A DNA stretch of 64,000 nucleotides, taken from the NCBI GenBank assembly GCA_050084515.1, contig CM114271.1, positions 22,320,001-22,384,000 on the forward strand. The letters run 5' to 3'. Shown here one piece after another: positions 52,482-61,119 of the stretch. Numbering within the stretch: position 1 is the first letter of the stretch; each line of letters begins with the position of its first letter. The notes under the pieces were generated by a model, which made no database searches, was not told where the DNA came from, and saw only the letters and a list, made by a program, of their open reading frames with translations. The position numbers were made by a program, and so were the translations under genes. Origin of the DNA: Blasia pusilla. Lineage: Eukaryota.

Positions 52482-53234
52482 TCAGATATGGATCTGAATA
52501 TTCACTACAACTTCTTTCCCCTTCTGCCCTTTACGTGGGGATTTCTTCGTGCACTGTGGAGTTACCGCGGACCTTCCCTTGGATGGTGAGCTTTGCTGAT
52601 TTTGGTTAGTGTGCGGGGTCATTCTCCGCTTCTTAGCACAGGCTCCCTCCTTGGTATGTTCCCTTTCTATGCCGGGCCTCCTTATGTGATAGGGAGGAGT
52701 CCCTTCCTCCTCTACAACATCTATTCCCTCTCCTCCAACTGGCTTCGGATCGTACCCTTTGTCGGAATCCGTAGAGAGGACTGCAACGGGCATGGAGTCC
52801 TTTATTGCATACTCAAATCCCGGAGCATGCATGGGGATGATCGGCTCTCCCCAAGTGGGACCATCACAGTGCAACTTGTTCCATTTTCTCAAGCGCATAC
52901 AGTCCCCATGACTTATTGGAGACCATTTTGTTCTCTCCAATGCTTCGAGATCTGGTGACTTTACACCGTAATGTTTTTTCGAGCTCGTTACCTTGGACAC
53001 ACTCTTTCCTCTCCCTTGTGTTGAATTTTTCGCTGTGATTCTTGTTGCCATCTCTAGGTAGTTTTTATTCTGCTCCTTTGCTGTTTCAGATGTTGCAGAT
53101 GTCGGAAGCTGCCCGAAATGTGAGGAGCTTTGGAGGTGATGGAGCGAACGTTGAATGTGTAGGAGCTCTCGAAAAGTCGTTAAAGTTGCTGCTGTAGGGG
53201 ACATCAAGAACGCGGGAGCTGATCTTGAGATCAC
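52482..53234 (-). CDS. Helitron accessory ORF of unknown function (basic, low-complexity); possibly an exon or pseudogene
   Basis: 250-codon open frame near the Helitron 5' end. MATRITAKNSTQGRG...SKKHYG...YAIKD has a frameshifted homologue in the small Helitron at ~3330-3590. Confidence 0.45.
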   Translation of the reverse strand: MISRSAPAFLMSPTAATLTTFRELLHIQRSLHHLQSSSHFGQLPTSATSETAKEQNKNYLEMATRITAKNSTQGRGKSVSKVTSSKKHYGVKSPDLEALERTKWSPISHGDCMRLRKWNKLHCDGPTWGEPIIPMHAPGFEYAIKDSMPVAVLSTDSDKGYDPKPVGGEGIDVVEEEGTPPYHIRRPGIEREHTKEGACAKKRRMTPHTNQNQQSSPSKGRSAVTPQCTKKSPRKGQKGKEVVVNIQIHI

Positions 53235-55373
53235 ATCAAGGTCCGCTTAATCGGGGCAAACCGAGCCTGCTATGTTCATCCGCAACTACACCGAGCTCAG
53301 TATTTTAGTTCATAGAGCTCAAAGCAATGTAGACTCGTAAAGCAGAGACATGTCTTACTCTATCTAGCAATAAATGAAGTTCAGCGAGTATGAATGATAG
53401 TGAATGAATGAGTTCACTTTACCTCAACAACTGTTCGTGAGAACAGTTGTTGAGGTAAGAGGGAATAAATAGGGTCAAGTAAATTACCCTCGCACTCACT
53501 ACTTGAGAAATAAGAAGCCAATCTCATCGGACGACGCTGGTTTGAAGGATCGAAACCGGAAAGGACAGAAAATGGACACAAAAGTTGCGGCCAAAAATGA
53601 AACCCTAAGTTAGTTGCACGTGCTAGGTACGCTTCAGACGCGCCAAAATTCCACGTTCTTTAGGAAAACTGTTACAGGAGGCTAGGGCGGCTATGAACAA
53701 AACCCTAAAACAGACTACGTTAGACGTAAGCACGGAACACCCTGGTTCGCTTGAAGTACCACGTGGCAGTTGGAGAGGTGTTTGCGCAGCGAGAAAGGAC
53801 TCTCCCATAATAGTATAGATAATTTAAATTATTTTTTTAGAAAAATTGCATGGTGATAATCTCACGAAAGAAGAAATGTTCCTCTTTCGTGGGATTGCAT
53901 TTTTTTCCCATAACCCTAAACTACGGCCATGGGCGTAACTGTGGCAATGGATGTAGGCGTGCTGCTTTGAGAAGCCCTTACAGGGCTATTCAATGAATGT
54001 GTAAAATGTGACTCTCCGGAGGTCCCTCCTACATGATGAATCTCTAAGACCCTTTTTCATCCACGTCTGCATCCCTTGCATGCTAGCTTATTATTTGACT
54101 CCTCATTTCTTGTTCAAAGAAATTTAAGAAGCAGAAATGCCATTCGTGGAGTTGCATATGGCATCTACTACTAGGCAAAGTCCTCTCTCTATATGCCCAT
54201 TGGATGTTGTGTCAAATTATCTCATCTACAACTTTAGCTCCATCAAGAAGGGGAATACTCCTCCATACGGAAAAAAATGTTTTACCAAAAATGTTCCATA
54301 ACCAACTTTAAAGATAACATACATAGACCAAAGAAAATTAATTTTGTATAAATGATTTTATGTTTTTGTAACAACATCTCAAGCATCTCCTCTCGCCATC
54401 ATTGCAAATGCATTCCCTCGAGTTTTTATGGATGCATTGGGTAACTTAAGAGAGCATGTTTTCCCTTTGTTTTGGCTCATTTGGAGCTATATGGAATAAT
54501 TTATTATTTTTGGGTAAGTTTCTATTAGGAGTAGAGTTGAATTTCCACTTTGGATGGCGGCACTAAAACCCCTAAAGTAGGTCAAGAGCCAAGGAGATGA
54601 CCTATGAGCATAGGTTATCATGCAGAGAGTTTGGGAAAGAGAAGGGGGTATATCCAAGAAGAGAGAGTTTTGGAGCTCATTCTCTCTTTGATGAACCTTT
54701 TGACATGAGGCGGCGGGACTATGGTTCTCCTTACCTCTTGAGAGCTCTACAATGGGAGCTCGTTGGTGTCTTTCTGGTTATGCATATTGGGGATCATGTT
54801 TCCCATTCACCAGCTCATGGGAGTGCTCATGAGAGCAACAGCCGCTCGTATGTATTGCTTGTTGTTCAATTTTTGGAACAAGAAAGAGGCGCGCGGAAGC
54901 GTTGTCTGATTTTGGATAGAAATTGAGTATGGGGGTGGGGTTCTCCATATTGCTGGATTTCATTTACACATGTTCTTAGTTCTTTGTGGGAGAATTCAAC
55001 ACAAAAGCGTTGTCAATTTTTTCGTAGGAGTTGAGGCCGCAAGTTGCATGACAATCGCTTCCAATTTTAGATGGAAGGTTGGATGAAGGATCTGATTTAA
55101 CAATGTCGTAGATCAAGAAGTTAGAAATGATGTCAAAAAAATGGTGCACAATTTTGATTTCTAAGGATGAAGTTTTGACCATTTCTATGGGGTTATCATA
55201 GGCACCATGTGAGAACAATTTTGAATTTGGGTATAACTCTCTTGGATGAGTGTAGAAAAGTAAAAATTTATTATTTTTAGTGGGTATCCAAGGTAAACTT
55301 GTTATTTGGAGGAAATTAAGTGAAAATTTTATTTAGTGGGTGTTGACCCAAGATTTGTGGGGTTTAGTAGATA

Positions 55374-55689
55374 GGATTGCACACGGACAAAGTCCGTATT
55401 TGTGCAAGATCGGATATCCGCGGCCCGCACAAGGGTTGTAGCCCGCACGGAGCCTGCACAAAGTACGCAACTAGGCCTGAACGGCTTTGCACAAGCTCAT
55501 GCATGGATCCTGTGCGGTTTAGCCATGGGCCTTGTGTGGGCCTAGCTGTAGGCCTGCCGTGTCAGATGCAAGCTACACGCAGGCCACAACCTGGGTTGCC
55601 CAAGACTACGGAACGTGCTTAGGGTGGGCTCAGAAGCCGGGCGCAGATAGCCAAGCGGCATGTCTGGACTTGTCCATTTCTGTGCAACC
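55374..55689. mobile_element. Putative MITE (~316 bp)
   Basis: Imperfect terminal inverted repeats GGATTGCACACGGACAAAGTCC ... GGACTTGTCCATTTCTGTGCAACC enclose a GC-rich island in AT-rich flanks. No TSD was confirmed. Confidence 0.5.
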
Positions 55690-56429
55690 TTCTTAGTGGA
55701 GTATGAACCAAATTTGAGATAATTTTAGTGAGTTCACATTTTTTAAGGGATGAGTGAGGTGGAAAAAAACAAAAGATATTGACTTTTGAATAAGGTTAAA
55801 ATAGAGTCATTTTCACCCATGTGTGACATGATATAATTACCATTGACCATTACCAAACATCTACCATTCAATCTACGTCGTTTCTTTATTGATCGTCAAC
55901 TATTGCTTGTCGCTCCTAGGTTGTTGTCGACGATTTATGTTGTTATTATTCGATGACCACTTTGATCATTTTCAGCACCGGTTGTCAACATGAGTATCAA
56001 TGACCAAGCACAAGGGTGAGTATTGACCACCTTACTTTTTGTCGTCGACACAAGCTAAGTCCCATGCAGCCGTCTCAACATCCGTTGTTGTGCACCTAAT
56101 AATTGAGGGCTATCTGCTCAACAATGGCATGTAACCTTTGGATTGAAGGGATCTGAGTTTTCTTCCTACTTTTCTATTCCTTGTATCATTGAGGAGTAGA
56201 GTTTTTATCTTGATAAAGGAGGGGATGCCAATGATTTTTGCATCAACCCATTGAGTTTTGTGGCGTTGATAGTTGTTCTGCGTTGCCAATGTCACACCGT
56301 ATTGTTTTACCTACAATGGACATCGAGGAGGTTTAATTTAGCATTGTCAATATTGGGGGAGTATGACTTGTTGACTGGAGGAGTTTGTCTTCACAATTGA
56401 GTTAGGGTCAAGGTTTGTAGTTGTTGTGG

Positions 56430-57175
56430 AGCGATACCAACATTGTTCTCAGATGAGGGAGAGGGTGTAGCGAAGGAGTTTGTTAGTGCATCATCGCATA
56501 TGTTGAGTTGTCCTACCGTTTGGGCATGTGAGATAGACAATTGGGATAGAGGAACGCATAGGTTTTCGAGGGTTTTGGGTACTATAGAGTTGTATCGAGA
56601 GTTGTACGACTTCATTACAGAGTTTATGAGTTGGCGTGACTTATAGAGGGCCATGAACTCTAGAGAGTTCAAACCTTTCGCAACATGGAACGGGATATTC
56701 CAACACCTAAAGGAAGAACCCATAGAGGATAACCATGAGTTTTTCCATAGGTACATGTTCAAGATTGAGGCATAGAGACTCTACTATGATCCATATTACG
56801 TGTCATGGAGTGAGCCATTTCAAGATAAGGAGGAAGACCTATGGGAGGCTACTTCCTCTGCCACTAGTAAGAGTCAAGGAGGGGTGAGTCAAACTGGGGC
56901 ACTTGCATCGTCTAGTTGGGTTTATCCTAGGTTCAACCCTATGGTTGAGTTCTTTGCGGAGTTATAGAGGAACTACAACGTGGTATGGATTGAGAATTTG
57001 CGGAGCATCCACGACTTCCATATGCACATAGGGGAGATTTTGGGGGAGGCATTTACTCGCATGCGTTGTCTGATTAGTGTTACGCGTGACAACAACCATG
57101 ATCGTCTGCACCACCAGTGCAGCGACATGGATTTTGAGAGAGGAGTGTGGTATCACAAGCTCAAGAAGGTTATTG
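56430..57175 (+). pseudogene. Decayed LTR-retrotransposon gag fragment, same family as 19514-20330
   Basis: ELYDFITEFMSWRDL*...FATWNGIFQHL...FNPMVEFFAEL*RNY...LRSIHDF...GEAFTRMRCLI aligns by eye with the 19.5-20.3 kb gag. Confidence 0.65.
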
Positions 57176-57179
57176 TGAG

Positions 57180-60100
57180 CATGTGCTAGAGCAACCCATG
57201 CCATCATCCACAACTGGAGTCATCACCTGTGACTGACCTACCATAGTCAACCAACAAAGATAAGCATATGCATGCCAACCACGCACCATTTCCTTATCAC
57301 TCTCTCCGTGCCATCGAGCTCCTATGTCGTCTCTCTAACTCGCACATGGGTTACATCTCAACCCATCCGCATCTTGGTTCAACCGACCTGGCCTATGAAC
57401 CACCTCAAACTCATACTCTTGTAGTAATAGAGCCCATTGGCAAGCTTTCCCGTACGCTTGTTGGACTCCATCAACCACCTCAACGGCTGATGATCAGTGA
57501 TAAGTGTGAAAGGGTTGCCGAATAAATAGCACCTGAAATATACCACTGCCCACACTGCAGCCAAGCACTCTCCCTCACAAGAGTTGTACTTTGCCTCTGC
57601 AATGTTGTTCGATCGGCTCGCGTAAGCCACAAAAAAATCCTTTTCCTCATCATCTCTCTGAGTAAGCACTGCTCCTAGACCCAACATGCTCCAATCCGTA
57701 TGTAACTAGAATGGGCGACCCCTAACCGGTCTCTGTAAAATGGGTGAGTACGTCAACCTGTCCTTGAGCTCCTGAAATGCTTGCTCTTGATAATCTCCCC
57801 ATAACCAAACCTGATCAAGTCTCGTCAACAAGGTCAAAGACTTTGCCATCGCACTAAAACCCTTGACATACCATTGATAGAAGTCTTCCAGTCCAAGAAA
57901 CGCTCGGACTCGACTCACATATGTAGGGCGTGGAATCTACGCAATAGCCTCCATCTTCGTCTGCTAAACGCCTAACCCTCTCGGGTATATGGTGTGTCCC
58001 AAGTACTTAATCTGCTCTTGAAAGAATATGCACTTGGTTGGATGTAACTTTAGTCCATGTAACTGCAATCGCCGAAACACCTCCCCCAGGTGTCGCTCAT
58101 GCTCCTCAACCGTGGAACTGAAGATAAGAATATCATCTATGTAACATGGTACAAAATCCAAGCTAGCCATAATCATATCCATCACTCGCTAAAACTGTGC
58201 AGGCGCGTTCTTCAACCCAAATGGTAAGAACTGCCACTGATACAAGCAATCTCTCTCGAAGTGATCTATCCCCTAGAATGCTCTCTTCTCCCTCTCCTCC
58301 AACCTGATAGGAAGCTGATGATAGCCAGCACGGAGATCTAAAGTACTGAAGATCTTTGCATGCCCTAGGGCATCAAAGATCTCCTCAGGAGTAGGCATGG
58401 CGTACCGATCTGACCTCATTTGTCGGTTGATAGGACGGTAATCTCCACACATCCGCCTATCCGTCCAATTGCCATACATATCCTTCTTCGCAGACATGAC
58501 TGTGGCAAATGCATACTCCCCATGTGATAACTCCACAAGTCCTGCCTCCAACAAGTCCTGACTCCTGCTCTCAATCAAGGCTCGCTCCATATCAGAATAC
58601 TTGTAGGGTCGATGAAAGATCGGCGTATCACTAGCCAACTCAATCCATTTCTCGTGACCCTTTAGCGTACCCAAGTCTCTCATATTGAAGGAAAAACAAC
58701 TCACATGCCTTCTCAAAAACCTATGAACTCGCCGTCGCTCTCCTCCTATCAACTTGAGAGCTATCACGGGCTCCCAAGTCTCCATCGTGACCTCACTCAG
58801 AGAGGACGCAACCTCTGGCTTTGGTTGCTATGTAGCAATCCTAGCCACCTCCGCAACAGCCATTCCACTTTGACCTCCTACACCATGCTCCACATCCAAA
58901 AAATGAACATGCGCTACTCTAGCCCCCTTTGCACTCTCTGCTCGAACAATGTCCCAGGAAGTCCATGGGTGCCTATCTCTCCTCGTCCCGCCCCCAACCA
59001 ATGCTTGTATAGACCCTGTAGGAAATGGTCCAACTTGTGGACGTGACGACATGGATGACATTTGCATCCCTCTTTGCTCTGCCATACCTAGGCTGACTAT
59101 CCATGTGAGACAGTTGAGGTCCATTGCCTACCCCAACACCTGTCTCCGAGATGCCTCAGTCATACCTGGCACCGCCGTAGTACCTGTAGCAAACCCCATG
59201 GTGCTCTTGCACTCATCTACTGTAGGCTCCTCCAATGCTCCGATCACCTCATCCCAAATCATGCCTAGCCCTCCTTGATGAAAGGCATGGGATTCTGGGA
59301 AGCTCACCAACGTAGGTAAGGCTGCCCTCAACTCCCCCATCCTATTGGCCATGCCAATGGTGGTCTATCATCACGCGTCATCACTTGAGATCGACGCCCT
59401 GAGCCCAAAATAGCATCCACTGTGAGATGTGGTGCTCTTGGACTCCATCGTATGCTCGACTTAGTACCTTTGATGGTATCAAGTTCATCCACCATAGTCG
59501 TGGACGATGGGCATATGATCCAACTCTCGCTGCATCTAGCAACACAGCAAGTTCCAACCAGGATCCCACCTGATGCAAACTTGTCATCACACGTGCACGA
59601 GTGTCTCCCAACAACGGCACGTTCTCCAAAATATACGCCGAAGAACATGTCTGACTCTCTTGCAAGTGTCGTACTACTTGCAGCATCTCCAAAAATATCC
59701 TTGACCTCGGATCCTGCAATCCAAATCCTCGGCCCGTTGATGAATGACCCTGACATGGCCATCCAGAAATCACCAAATGAATGGTGCCAACTCTATCCAG
59801 ATCCTACGCCCCCACCAAAGAGATGTCGGCGGGTAGTGTATGCTAATATCCCCGTAGTGCAAATACCAGCAACAACTCATGATACCTCTGGACCAATCTC
59901 GCTACGTGACGTAATGATACTCGCCGTACGGTCTCGTTACGTCTCTCCACATAAAGGTACTGTTGCACCCGTCTGCCCGCCTGAAATATAGCAGCCAATC
60001 CGGTGCTAATCCCTCTGAAGAGATCTAATACCCTAACACCCTCCTCTGAACACTGCCACACAATGGGTGTGGTATCAAGTGGGGTCAGTGTCTCCACTCC

Positions 60101-60570
60101 AAGGGCCCGCTTGCCACCTGACTCTCGCTGCTCCGGGATAAAGGCATGACTCCATGTCTGCCTCATAAGGTCGTCGGCACTTCTCTGTAGCTCTCGAGTC
60201 GTATCCCATAATGGTGAAGAGGTCTTGCCAAAATGGGAAGAGACACCCGCCATGGCCTGTCTCTCCGTGGGACTATCCGCTACTGGGACATCCTCAACAT
60301 GTGCATTCCCCTCCAACAATTCTTCTGGCCAGCTAACACTACCTATGAAAGTTGCCAACATGGTCACAGACTCGCCTCGTGATCGACCACCTCGTCCCGC
60401 AAACTGCACGGGTAACTGACTCATCCGCCCATCACCTGACCGCCACCCTGTCTGATAAGAAACGGTCTTCTCCCATAAGTCAAGGATGAATCCTAAGGGA
60501 TATAACACTGTACTCCCAACCAACACATCGTACGACTCAGCTGGTGTCGTAAATCTGAGAAATTCCAAAC
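57180..60570 (-). mobile_element. Ty3/Gypsy pol remnant with order protease C-terminus, C5 DNA methyltransferase, RT, RNase H; truncated at both ends
   Basis: Protease tail: YDVLVGSTVLYPLGFILDLW. RT: RMCGDYRPIN, DRYAMPTPEEIFD, FSTLDLRAGYHQ, LPFGLKNAPAQF, YIDDILIFS. RNase H: LHTDWS, VAYASRSNN, YLFGNPFTLITDHQPL. Many stops; no integrase present. Confidence 0.92.
59090..60040 (-). pseudogene. Retrotransposon-encoded C5-cytosine DNA methyltransferase domain (frameshifted)
   Basis: Motifs occur in canonical order: I VLDLFRGISTG, II YLYVE, III LPADI, IV LVISGWPCQGHS (Cys codon 59755-59753), V DPRSRIF, VI YILENV, VIII HRPRLWW, IX EPTVDECKSTMGF, X RRQVLG*AMD. Confidence 0.9.
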
Positions 60571-61119
60571 TCACTCGTTGGTCCCTCATTTTTATGGTTG
60601 CAAACCATCCGACAGTCCATGGTTCCTTGGTTCGCAATCCGTTGGAAATCGATGGGTTGCAAAATAAACAGCATCAAGATAGATCAACACAATCGACAAG
60701 AAAAAAAAAATTCAGAAAAAGTTTACAAAAACCATCATGGTTCAAAAACTTCTTGTCTTTTATTACATCCGAGGGAAGTTAGGAAATGTACATTTGATCT
60801 AGTCTATGATTTCTTGAGCCTCGTCACCTACAAATTTACTCCTAACTCTTCTATGTTCCTGTACAAAAGGAATGTCTTGGGATACAAGTGGCTCCTTTGG
60901 CTAATTGTAGACGGGGATTGTAAATGTTGGGGAATTTGAGAGCCTTGGTCCCCCCTTAGGTACACCATAACGGTCCCATGTAACATGATTTGAGTCCCAA
61001 CGCCTTGCTCGACAATAAATCTTGTATTCTCTGTAAGATGACACCCATCTAGTATCAATATGTGCTCCGTCCTTGAAAACAACTAAATCGGTTGTTCCAC
61101 TTCTCCTGTTCCACAACCA

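Larger units (their letters stand above)
37957..53819 (-). mobile_element. Full-span Helitron (~15.9 kb including a nested insertion) with both termini
   Basis: 5' end A^TCTATACTATTATGGGAGA at 53819. 3' hairpin CGTGCATCGCACG plus GGCACCTTACTAG^T ending at 37957. It lies between A and T with no TSD, as expected for Helitrons. It contains RepHel. Confidence 0.85.

Noticed and set aside
59422-59991. 189-aa plus-strand ORF
   Set aside because: Antisense to the DNMT domain, which explains the sequence.
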